Below, piece by piece: positions 12,512-25,900 of a DNA stretch of 64,000 nucleotides. Position 1 is the stretch's first letter. Every line of letters starts with the position of its first letter. Source of the DNA: Owenia fusiformis (Eukaryota); assembly GCA_903813345.2 (NCBI GenBank), contig CAIIXF020000001.1:45756001-45820000 (forward strand). Direction: 5' to 3'. The translations under genes were made by a program, and so were the position numbers. The notes under the pieces are model-generated. The model saw nothing but the letters and a program-made list of their open reading frames with translations, ran no database searches and had not been told where the DNA came from.

Positions 12512-13987
12512 TTATTGTGCTACTTAAAGTGAATGGGAATTATTTTTCTACCGCTTGGGAGAGTTTGAGACTCGAAACTTAGAATTTAGCTCATTGTGAC
12601 AACTTTTGAGGGTTGAGATTTATTTTTGTCCCCCACTTTAGATACAAAGCCAAACAAAGCGCAGGTGCTCACTGGGTAATAAGAGTGTCAGGCTTCCCTG
12701 TAAGTAAATCAACGTTTATAATGAAAGGGGTTTTAGGTGAATGTAGTATACAGACCGAATATAATATTCAGACGAAGGATACAGTCTAGAGGTGAATGGG
12801 GCCTGGGTTGCACGACTGAGACGGTTTCAATGAACCAATCAAATGACATATAATTTGGAAAAGTGTATGTGCATCATCAAAAAGATAAGATTAATGTGTG
12901 ATTCATTGGGTTTCGTTGATTTTTGAGAAAAATGAGTTTCAGTTCCTGGCCTGGCAATCATTTTATATTGACAGTTGGTTATAAAGAGGAAAGGAGGGAT
13001 AACATGAGCCTCACAAACCCCCTCTCGCTATACCCATGGATACTTGCATGTATCTACATGTATGAGATCTACACATCATTAAAGAAATTTACATGTACAC
13101 TGTAGTACCAAGACCATCTCTGCATTCTGGTCTTGCGACACATACAATAGAACAACATGTTATATTTGAAAATTCTAAAAATATTGGTGCTACGCACATA
13201 TTTCTTAATTCTGTATATTCTAAACACCAGCCTCAACATTCTCTCAAAGCCAAAAAACAGATGTACATGGTACAGTATACTCTACAATCTTTGAAATCTG
13301 CCAGGATTTCAAAATGTCAGAAATCAACTTTTGAATTTTTTCCGAGTAACATTACCAAGTCACATTACATTCTGTATCTTTGTATTGAAGAAACTGGATG
13401 TAATTTCATTCAGTAATGCTTGTGAATATTATTGCAGGACGAAACAAGTCATATGTATCTTAATCGGGATTTGAAGGAAAAGTGAACATCAGAGTTTTCA
13501 AATTTTTTTCAAATTTCAGCAGGGTGGATGCAGGGCACTAGAATTGAACCAACGACAAGGCAGGGATCTTGGGAGGTCACAGTAATAGTGTACTCGGCTA
13601 GCGAAGAAACCGTATGTGACCTCACTTTAGTGCTACTCACACTGTAATTTTTGTAGTTGATGGCATTTTGAAATACTGGCTGATTTAAAAATTGAAGTGT
13701 AAAGTATAAACCTCTGCAGTTTGAGACAGCCACAACTTTTTTGCCTTTGGGAGAAAAGTTTCAGGTGGTGCTAAGAATTGATTAAGGTAAGAATCAGGGC
13801 CATCTGAGCACCAATTCTTTGAAACATAACCATGCATTGGCTTTTCAAGAGAAGAATATGCAACTTCCAATGTCAATCATGACATTCACATGCAATATAT
13901 AACTCTGAATGGAACAAAAATAACCATCGTTACCCTAGATTAAAATTACATGTGCTTGTCTATCATGTAGTTTCAGAATTTCATGCA

Positions 13988-16900
13988 ATGTCTAGTGCCC
14001 GGGGGCGGGGCAGATATGGTTCGGGGAATCGTAATTTTGGAAGAAGAGATCACACAAGACAAGAACACAGTGAACATGACAGTGATACAGGTGAGTTAAT
14101 CCATGTCTTTTCTTCTATCACAATACTTAAGTTATTGAATGATTTGAAGTACAATACAGGATATATTTGCTCGAGAAATTCCGTATTGGAACAAGATGGA
14201 GTCGAGTGCCAATACAGAATATAGAGAGCAAAATATATCCTGTATTGCACTTCAAATCATTCTATAACATTTTTATCATGTGATCCTCTGTATTGCTACT
14301 GAAAATGTCCCCTCCGTACCATTATTTTCTGTATTGCAATGGAGATGATCAATGAGGACAATCTCAGTAGCGATACAGATTGGTACAGCACAAGAACTGA
14401 CCAATCAGAAGGCTTCATTTCACAGATCATACGATAAATGTACATGTAGTTTTAAATCTAAGTCATCAAACTGAGATGGTCATCCTGTTTGTCAAACTCA
14501 TAGGGTTTATAAGACTTCAAGAAAGGGTGTCAGGATCAGGATCCATTTTGACTGTCTGAACAAATTATCTAGTGTACATGTACCTTATGAAAAACCATTA
14601 TGATTGAACAGTTGTATGTTTTTGTATCTTTTTCAAGGAAGCTATGGCTATGGAGGAGGGCATGGCAGAGGAAGGGGACGTGGTGGTGGTGGAAGGGGGC
14701 GGGGCCGGGGTGGAGGAGGCCCTCCCCCTGGGCTGAGAGGAAGAGATATTGGCATGTGGTATGCCCAGAAATCCAAACAGAAGACTCAAGAGAGAGAAGA
14801 AAGAGAGGTATATGTACCACAGTCTTCTTTTGTTCTCTTTATTTAAGTTCACTGGGAACTACCCTCCTTTGATGATAAGTACGGTACTATGTTTCTTCAA
14901 CTACAAACCTTCTTATTTGTATCGTAAGAATTATATGGAACATACGTGTGTCACAGTTTTGCAACATTGAAAACCAGAGTAACATTACTTACATGTATTT
15001 CAAGAAACTACTTGCATCCTACCAAAAGTATGAACTATTGACATATTTTGACCAAAAAAGCCCCCTGATGCAAATAACCTTGGAGGATCAGGGATTCAAT
15101 GTTTTTCTGCATTTTTCCATAGAAAATGGTTGTTACACTGGATAAGGAGCATGAAAGAGAGATCAGTCGTCTCTTACGAGATTTCAAACATGAAGACAGC
15201 ATAAGACCTCAACCTTCACAGAGCTATGCAGACCCTAACCACCAAATCCCTGCTTCCAAAGCCAGCAAAGGACACCCAAAAACAGGTTTCATCAGCTTTG
15301 ATAGCCCAAAACCTAAACATATCAGATGGGTATCTGAAATCAAGAAAGAAAGTGCAGGGGCATCCAATGGCGATGCTGTAGATAAGTTTTACAAAGACAT
15401 GGATGATTATCAAGAGGAAGCTTACGAGGAACTTTATAAAAGGGAGGAAGGTGAAAGTGATTTCATTGCAGAGTTCAACAGTCATAATGAAGCTAATAGG
15501 AGAAGCCAAGAAAGTCTACCAGGTAATCCCAGGTATCACTCCTTGGGGCTTGGGGGCCATGTTAAGCTTCCCTTGACCTGTTCTAGTATAGACACATCAA
15601 GTTTACTTCAAATTAGAAAAAATGTGAGGAGTAGTTTTGTTACTGTATGTTATTATGTTCTTTATTTTCTATGAATGCTGTGTTTTTGGGAATTTTCACT
15701 TGTGTTTGGTTTTGATTTTGAAATAATATCAATCTTTGCTCTGGAACTTGTTCCGTGTTAGGTACTACTCCATCAAGTTGCTTAACAGTATCTGCGATAC
15801 TCTACTCTTAGCTTTCTTACTACTAGTTTTATAGGAGGTTTTTTCTTGTAATTTTCCGTTCGCCATTTTTACACGAGGCATCTGCAAAGCTATGAAATAT
15901 TCATCAAAATACTTGATACATATAATGATTTAGTACACTCATCTTCAATAAATGACTTTGATAAATACAATAGTGAACCTAAATAAATATAATAAAATAA
16001 CCAAAATTCAATATATTATAGCAACGCTACCAATATTGACGCTATAAAGTGGACACACGTCCACTCTGCTTGACAAAGCTAGTTCAATGATTGACGCATG
16101 CGCAGTTCACATCTCATCTGAACCTGGAAGTTATGGTTTGTAAATATAGAAGTATGCTATTATTTAGTAATTATACTGCAAGGTGATATGTGTTACATTT
16201 CCTATATCTACATTCTACTGTATAGCCCAGCAATGCTTGTTTTGCAGATATGATGGCATTCCAAGGTATTCAGAGAGTTAAGAGCTTGGATCAGAGTCTG
16301 TTAGATGATCACCACCACAAACTCACTAATGATCAGACATTCAGGGAAATGCAGGATATCAGGCGGAAACTTCCATCATATAAAATGCAAAAGGTACATC
16401 GAGCTCAGGATTAAAGGATTCACTCAAAATATTGACCTCTCTCTCAAAAGATGTGATTGTGTATGTTAGGGGATAGGGATTGATAAGACTCAATGTATAT
16501 ACAGTACATGTACACTACTTGATATTTTGCGATGGTATTAATTTTTTGTCAGGGATAATTGACAAATCAGTATTGAAGGCTAAATTTTTTAAGGGGGGAA
16601 GAGGAGGGTGGACAGAATGCCCTAGGCAAGTCAAAATTAAATTGATTAGATTTGTTCTGATGGATTTATTGACAGAATTCATTTTAATTGAATAGGTTTC
16701 ATCCAGTTTTGTAAAAACATTTTGGAATCAAGACTCAGTATTAATGGATTCCTACACATTACGTATAGATTATTGTTTGTTGTAACATGGAGAAAATAAA
16801 AAAGTGGAATTTTGTCTCAAGATATCATTTTAGGATATAGTGCGTGTTGTGCAAGAAAACCAGGTGACTGTTATAAGTGGAGAAACAGGATGTGGAAAGA

Positions 16901-19900
16901 CCACACAGGTAAGATATCATCAGTTTTCATAACCCTAATCATTTCAATGTTAAATCACTTATATTAATCCTGTATTCTGTATTTGTCACCTTTGTGATAA
17001 AACCAGGGAAGGATATTTTCCTGCATGTTCCAGAATTTGTACCTCCAAAGAAAGAAGGTATTGTGAATCTTGGAGCCTCAGGATTTGAGGATGGCACTAA
17101 GAACTAGATATTTGAATTTAGGACTACAAAACAAATGCAAATGTGAATGTTCAGAATTGTTTACAGGTTGCCCAGTTTATCCTGGATGATTTTATCACTA
17201 GAGGAATGGGGTCTATGTGTAGAGTGGTGTGTACTCAGCCTAGGAGAATAAGTGCAATTTCAGTAAGTAACTTTATTTGTGGATTGTGTTGGCGGTTGAC
17301 TTCTGGTGTTGGAGTCTTTAACAAAAGGCAGGTGGTGACATTTTGATGTTAATGTCTCGTTTATTTTTGTTTTCTGCATTTTGAATCACAACACTTTCTT
17401 TTGATATCTTTATATGTATGACACTTAATCAAAGGAATATAATTACATGAAATTACCATAATCAACAAATAAAAGAAGACGTCCATAATCAAGAACTTTG
17501 AGATACTTTGTAAGTCTTTTTTTTCATAAGCCAGAGAAGGATTTTATCTTTGGTGACTCCCCCCCCACCCCCTAAGGCTGTATCTTTGTGTCTATTGTTT
17601 TGTTGTTTCTTTCCGACTCAAACAGTCTGATTCATAATTCTTTGACAAAAGTGGCCAGTGAAAGACTCCTAAAATCTCTTTTTAATAAATACAATGTAAG
17701 TGTAAAAGTTCTCATATAAAGTGATATTGGCTCCACAAATATGGTTTGATAAGCAATTTGTGCTAGAAATATGTGTTTACTGAGAAATAAAGGCTAGAAA
17801 TTGATCTATTTTAGTCATAATTCAAACTTTAAATGGCCTTAGAGAGTGACCATGTCAGCCTGACCTTTGTTATGTACACATGCCATCAATTTCACCTAAT
17901 GAAATGTCTAAAAATAGAGCTGTCAATCAAATTTGAAAACGTATGGAGTGAAACTTAAATTTTAGCTGCAACAAGCTCATCTGAGATTTGAGGGTTTTTG
18001 GGAAAAATAATGATTAAACTTGGTTTGAACTTTAATTCAATATAATTTGATTAATTTATATAGGTTACTGCGACCTTTTGCAAAAGGTCAAAAGCACTAA
18101 TTCCTGGAAATCTACATAGATCCCAAAGCAACAATGAAATTGAAATTCAGTTTTACAGTAAATTGCTAATTAAACAAATATGCATGTACATGTACTACTA
18201 ATCTACTATGCCAGTTTTAATGGAAAATATTTGTTTTTAGGTAGCAGAGAGAGTAGCAGAGGAGAGAAACGAGCGATGCGGAAAAGAAAACAGTGTAGGC
18301 TACCAAATAAGATTAGAATCGTAAGTATGATAATCTAGAAATTGTTTTTAGAGCCTTAAGAAAATAGAAAAAATAGATACATGTAGACCTATACTGTTTT
18401 GGTGCAGTTATAATTTAAATGACACCAAAAGTAACTGTTATGCCAAAGGATTGATCTCAAGCTCTACTATTTCACTGGGGAGTATCGTGATGCAACAACA
18501 CCGTGTTGTTGCATCAAGATGGCCAGACTTCCGGTGATAGATTTTCGTACGTTATGTTGTTTCCCCGATTTAAACCCATTTCTAGGACGAGTTTCTCAAT
18601 AACCATACACGTGAAGTTAGCGCACGATCTATATTTAAAGAAACTGTCATTAGTATACATGTAGCATCATCAAGAAGCAAGAAGTTCACGGTTTTAGTTC
18701 CTCACTATTGATGCAACAACACCAAACCGAAGATGCAACAACACTCCTCTATATTTGAGCAATGATGCAACAACACCAATGACCAATTAATAGTATAATT
18801 TCAGAAGACCATAAATCTCGAGAGGAACAGTTTTTGAAATGCTACTATTGCAACACCGGGCCAGTACCCATTTGCGTTCTTCTCAGGCATTCAAAATACA
18901 CGTCCTGCGGGCGAAGATTCTTTATATGTATTTTCAAAAATTTATACTTTTAAATATCATAACGCACTGGAAGTTGTTTTATAACATAGTTCAATAGTTC
19001 ATAGTTCAATAGTTCAAACATTGCAAGCTATAGTAACTCAATCTATTATCATAAACTCCTGTTCCATAGCTTGATGACCCTGATGCCAGTTAGTATCATT
19101 CAAATGGTGGACAAACATCTTTCGTTCTCGGTAAACACGACGAGCTATTGGAAATCTTGCACAGCGCACATGTAGAAGTAATTTTCTCTTTGGATTCGTT
19201 CTCCCCGATTGAGTAAAAATGTAGGTAATAGGATTTAGGTCCCGAAAAGGTAAATTGATATGGGTACAGTAATCCCAGATTCCTCTTGGGCCCTCGGGAA
19301 ATATCATAATGTGTCCCGGAATAAAACCAATATTGAATAACCTCACTGCAATATCATTAAACCAACACTCATCGGAAGTTATGGCGTTTTGAAAACTCAA
19401 AATCGCTAAATTTGGTGCCCCATGTTAAGTCAATGGGATTTTTTTGAAGTGTAAAATACGACATATATACGACCGAGTACAGCTTAATTTAATGAAAACC
19501 TTTAAATGAAGAGTACCTCAAAAGCAATCTAGCTTCAAAATTTGGACACAAAAATGTCTAGGTCAAAATCTAGGTCAAATTCAAAGTTTTCCTTATTTTT
19601 GTGATTCTGACACTACACTTCAATTATATTCTTCGAAATTGTGTATACATGTAGCCAAGAGTGTACTAATAGTGTTAGCCTTTTGCCGTCAGAAAGTATT
19701 TTAACCCACTTTTGAGATATGGTGTCCAAAAAGTAGGTCAAAATAAAAAATTCTCCAAATTTAACGTTTGAGTTATGAATGAAGAATAGAATTTTCTCAG
19801 GAATCGGAATCTGCAAACTCAATTTCGATCCGACTTCCGGTTCTGAAGTTATGGCATTTTGAAATCTCGAGAAAAATCGATCTGATGGTATCCTGATAGA

Positions 19901-22900
19901 AAGTCAAGAGTAGGCCTAGCGAAGAAAATGTTGAAAAATCCATCCATCCTTCCTATCATATCCTACTATTCTATCCTATCGTTCCTTCTTTTCTATCCCA
20001 TCCTTCCTATCCTATCCCTTTTATCCCTATCCGTTCCTTCCTATCTATCCTTCCTATCCTCTCCTTCCTATCCTTCCTATCTTATCCTTCCTTGCTATTC
20101 TATCCTATCTTTCTTCTCTATTCTCTCCTATCGTTCTATCCTATTCTGTCCTATCCCTCCTTCCTATTTCATCCATCCATCCATCCTTTTCTGGATGACT
20201 CGGCTTATAAAAGTCCAGATCTGGAGTCTGAAATTGAACTTGTTCAATTTCCAAAGTCTAGTTATATTAGTTCTTTGTAAACAATTTCCATACGATACGG
20301 TAAATCAAGGGGATTTAATTTAGAAAATGAATAATCTTTATTTTTCAGATACAATATCAATGAGGTTGGCTCCCGGGGATTCAATACTTAGCCTATGTAT
20401 TTAGTTTACCTTGTATATCCTTTTAACTTTGATAACATAAAGACAAATACATTAAGGAACCAAACAAAATACGTTTCATTCATGAACCACGCACTCACGC
20501 GTTTTATTCATGTCCCGACCAACACCTATAAACAGAACATAAAACAGTTTCTCTTGATATTCAATGATACATTATATTGGCGTTTTTTGCATCAGCACAT
20601 TGGTGTTGTTGCATCATCGATAATAAACAGAGTGGTGTTGTTGCATCAATAGTGAGGAATTAAAACCGCGAATTTCTCGCTTCTTGATGATGCTACATGC
20701 ATACTAATGAGTGTTTTTTAAAATATAGATCATGAGCTAACTGCACGTGTATGATTATTGAGTAACTCGTCCTAGAAATGGGTTTAAATTGGGAAAACAA
20801 AATATCGTACGAAAATCTATCACCGGAAGTCTGGCCATCTTGATGCAACAACACGGTGTTGTTGCATCACGATACCCCCCAGTGTATTTGAAAAGGTAGA
20901 TATAGCTAAGAAGTAATTCAACTAGTAATTTCAAGTAGTTTTGGCAGTAAATTGAAGTATTTAGCCAATCAAGAAAAATAATTCTCCACTATTTTTGAGT
21001 ATTCCGAATCGAATTAGGATATGATATGGATTCAAACAAGTTAGATAGATCTCTCTACAATATCTATTATCATATTAACAAGTGCAAATGAATGCTGTTT
21101 GGAAGTGCAGTATGGTACAAATATCACTTTTCAGTTTTACCCTCATAATGTCAACTACCAATGTTGGTGTATCAACAAAATTTTCATCATAGTTTTTTAT
21201 GTAATTTTATTTTATATTTCACATTGTATACATGATTGGGGCATTAGTGATAGCTTGGGTAGGCAGGAGCCTTGTAGCTTGGGTAAGCAGGGGCTTGGTA
21301 GGCAGGGGCAGCATGTGGGGCAGAGTAGCTTGCAGTGTCACAGACCTTGGCGTAGTCATTGAAAGCTGTTCCCTTGGGGCATTTAACATGGAGTGGCTTG
21401 CAGCAGATACAAGGCTTGCTGGTCTTGCTGTAGGCGTCATATTTGTTGTCACATCCACACTGGATGAAACCATATGGGTTGTAATTGTCCTTGAAGAGTC
21501 CACTGGGGTTGCCATAGCATTTGCCGTCACATGGGTCTGGAACAAAAAAACATTTGTTATTAAAATCTATATCTATAGAAAGGTTTTCATTACAGAAAGG
21601 GTTTACCATTATAGAGCTGTTTACCTTATGACGTTTACTACAGAGAAGTTCATGTCATGGGCGTAGAGCTATATTTTTATGAGTAGTATGCCACCACATG
21701 AATAAAAGTTGAGCGAAGAGATAAACGAGCATTCAGGGGGGTCCCCCCAGAAAATTTTGAAGTTCGGTTGTATTTGGAGTGTATTTGCAACCACCTGGTA
21801 TGCCTAATCCCGCCTATGCTTGTATGTGTTCACAACAGAGAGGTGTTCATTACAGGAAGGTGTTCACAACAATGAATGACCACTTCATTGATCTTAAACC
21901 AGAGATATTCATGATATAATAAAGTGTTCACCCTAGAGATGTTTTCACTCAGACAAATTCATGGACTTTGACTTACTGTAGCTGTGGGATCGGTATGATG
22001 GCTTGTAGTCACAATGTCCATAGTCTCCAATCTGTCCCTTGTTGCAGAGATCTCCTTTGCAGAAATACCACTGGGATCCACCAACGTACTGGCAGCCACT
22101 GTAAGAGTTGACACCCAGGGGAAGGTTCTCCTCATCAGCACATCCTCTGTAGACAACTGCAATAATAAAAGGTCAATTTTGTTAAGAGGGTTACTGTAGG
22201 TCATATTGCTGACTATACCATGAAAAGATGTTCTGGGGTAGGGTTTTTCAGGGATTGATCATTTTTCCATTCACTTTTTGTCTTTCCTACTTTTATCAAA
22301 AAATCAATATGAAATAAGTTTTTGATCGGGTAAAGTTGAAACAATATTTATTACCATCTTTAATTTTCATTTATTGGCTCTTTATCTTGGCTTGCTTTAT
22401 TGACCGATAAACTTTTTAAATCATTGTTTTGATATTGCATTTTGTATTATTTTTTGTATTTGTTTTTTGTAAAACTTATTTTTTCACAGGATTTTGGTTG
22501 ATATACTAAATCATCTACATTAAATTTCTTTCAAATTAAGTTTAATTGAATTCTTCACTTACGCCCATTCTTGTCTCTACGGATGAAGCACCTTCCAGAT
22601 TTGCAGGTCCATTTGTCAAGGTTATCAGCATCATCATAGTTAGCTAGGGCACATCCCTCATACCCAGCTGTGGTTGAACGCTTCCAGTAGTCTGATTGGT
22701 AGCTGTAGCCTGATGGGGCATAATTGCAGTCGAAACATCTGGCTAAAAGTGAAATTAGAACCCATGGATTAATGTCATAGACGTTAATGATATGTAATAA
22801 CTATGGTCCTTAAAGAGTTTTTCTCTTTGGATGTGCACATCTTGACAAGTCTCCTGAGGAAAATATTCAAGAACTGTCAAAAATTAGCTAATTATTTCCA

Positions 22901-25900
22901 CTAAGTTTTTAATATTTGATATTTACGATTAAGAGCTCATGATTTTAGATGTAGAACTTGTTGAACTAAGTACTAATAAGGAGCACATAATATTCATGTT
23001 ATATTTTCATCAAACAATATCAGTCAATGAATCGGAAATTAACACAAATGAGAATCGAATCACATTAAATGCAAAGAACTGTTTGAGTATTTTGAAAAAT
23101 AAGAAAGTAGTTCCATTATAATTATTAACAATACCAGCCTACTTACATCCATATCCTGCTGCCAGCACTGCAGTTAGTCCTGCTACGAAAACAGCTAAAG
23201 TTAGCATGGTTGTTGTGTTGTATGAGAGCTCAGTGGAACTATGATCTCACCAAAATGTTAGAGCCTTTTATACTAGTTCGATTGATGAATGGGATGAACA
23301 TATTGTGCCTTTGTTGCATAATTAGAACATAATTGAATGTATTTTGGGAATACTTATGAGGTGCATATTTATTAATTAGAAAAGTTACATGTAACAACAT
23401 GGATGTATACATGTAGGTAACATAACAGGGGATCCAGGATTTTGTGTTATGGGGGGGCATTTGATAATAATAACTGAGCGAAGCGAGAATAGGGGGTTCT
23501 CACCCCCAGAAAATTTCGAAAATTTAACATCATTTGGTGCATTCTGACCAATTTTGGAGCATAGGTTCAATGGCCGGGTCGGATTTCAGTGTATGCAATG
23601 CATTACTGACAATCCATAACCATCTATTTTGATTTCCAGTTAAAAATTCTGACTTTTTTAGGGAGGGGGGGGGGCATTTAGATCCCCTAGTGCATAATGT
23701 ATCATAAGATTGAACATACCAACAATGTACATGTAGTGCAACATCCTAAAATATGGAAATATTGGAAGAATTTATTGTGTTTTCCATTATGTTGAACAAT
23801 TTAATTTTCCCAGTTCATGACCTTTTTGCTGTACAATTTTGTTGCCTGTCAAAAGGATATACAGCCTCAGTATATCAGTTAGTTGCCAGAGCAACAGGTA
23901 ACATACTTATAAAGTTTATAGCAGGCCTGTATCCAGGATTTGCCAAGGGGGGTTCAGTTTTCAAAAAATTCCAGGGGGGTTCACATTAAGAATTGCTCAA
24001 AATGGTGAAAACAGCATGATTTTGAAAGAATAAGAATTTTTGGCCAGGGGAGGTTCGCCGGAACCCTGTGAACTCCCCCCCCCCCCCCCCTAGCTAATCG
24101 CCTGTTATAGTACATACAGAGTTTAGTAAATATACATGAAATAAATATTTATTCTGAGGTACTAGGGGAGTGTATGCTAATCTAGAAAATTGGTGAGGCA
24201 AATGTAAAAATGTAAATAGATGAGGCAAAACTCAAGTCAAATAAGATATTTGTATGGTATATAATTTTAAGTTTTAGTTGTAAATAAATCTAAAAGATAT
24301 TTTCCATAAATATTTTGCTCAAGCTATGTGTATGTCTTTCTGTATTACCTGCTCAAACTTGTGTCAGTTTGTATTTAACTAAGGATGCTCATGCAAACTA
24401 TGATCATCACAAAATAAGATCCACAACCTGTACCAGTTGAAAGTCATTTGTTGTATGTGTTAACTCATAGTACCCTTTTGGACAGCCTCTCCTTGTCATT
24501 TTTCAATACAAACATAAACTTCTTTATATTTGCAGTCAACTTCCAAGAAAGAAAGGGTCCATTCTGTACTGCACAACAGGAATTATGCTGAAATGGCTGC
24601 TAAGTGACAAGTTAGTATATTTTCTGTTGCACACATCAAAACTATATTCATGATTATCCGTTTTGCAAGTGTATTATACATACAGTATTTGTTAAAGATG
24701 ACTTATTTTTACTCTAACAATGCAAAAGGTTTTACTAGCTATAGATGATCCAGATGATCCAGAAAAACACGAACAGAAAAATCTTTCTGTCTTGTAAAAA
24801 CATATAAAAAATAAAAATTTAATAAAGCTAGAATAACTATAATATGTATTGTTAGTACCTCAGTTGAAATACTCGATTTTGATTGGTCAACGAGCGGTGA
24901 ATAATTTTAACTGTACACCGCGCAATGCATTGCCGGTGAATAATATTCCCAGCATTCCACTAAAATGATGTCATTATCAGACGATAAAATGGCCGCCGCT
25001 AGCACTAGCCGTTTCAAAAATGTTGAAGATGAGGATATTATTAGTCTCTTAGAGAGTAAAGACAGTCAAAATACGAAGAAAAATCTAAATTTTTGTACAA
25101 AGCTTTTAGTGGACTTCGCCCAGGAGAGTAATTTGACTCCATAAAGTGATGTAAGGAATATTGTGTTTGAAACATGAACGTCTCGAGGGTCTGGATCCAA
25201 CTTCAAGTCAACTTCAAGGGTCAGAAAAATCTAAGATATTCTTCGGACTAACAAAACAATTATAGACCTCTCCATTCGGTTTACTGTCAAAATTATATCC
25301 CTCGACTGTAAACCTCGACCTACGGTCTCGGTTTACAGTCTCGGGATATAATTTTGACAGTAAACCTCTGGAGAGGTCAATAATTGTATATTGTTATCAC
25401 ACTCTTGGCTGTTATATTGTGATCAGTTTGCCGGCCGGATGGGCTTCCTGATTATTTTTCATGTAATACTACTTCCATGTGAGTACTGCAGTAAGTAACC
25501 CAATTCAAAGAACATTTAACTTTGATTATAGTTATTTGCAAGACACATCCCACATCATCCTAGATGAGGTTCATGAACGTGACTTGCTGTGTGATTTCCT
25601 CATGGTAATTCTGAAAGATCTCTTGGTTCAGAGACCTGATTTGAAACTGGTTCTCATGTCTGCTACACTAAATGCAGAGCAGTTCTCGGAATACTTTGGT
25701 AGGAATTTTTTTCATTAAATCCTTACTGGTAATAAATGGTAGTTATATTTATCATCATCCTATCCATAAAATAGGGTGGATGGCACGACAAACCCCACAT
25801 TTTATGAGTATAACACAAACAAACAAAACTTAAAAGAAATGTTTACATTCCTACTCAATATGAACATATTTATACATAAATCAGATATGTATGATTAGAG

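Noticed and set aside
19928..20323. Hydrophobic 131-aa ORF
   Set aside because: Translation of a (TCCTA)n pyrimidine tract inside a transposon.
21219..21666. ORFs 21219-21545 (-), 21232-21666 (+) and, nearby, 21959-22204 (-)
   Set aside because: Shadow frames of the nested gene's exons; the spliced Cys-rich frame has proper splice sites and phases.
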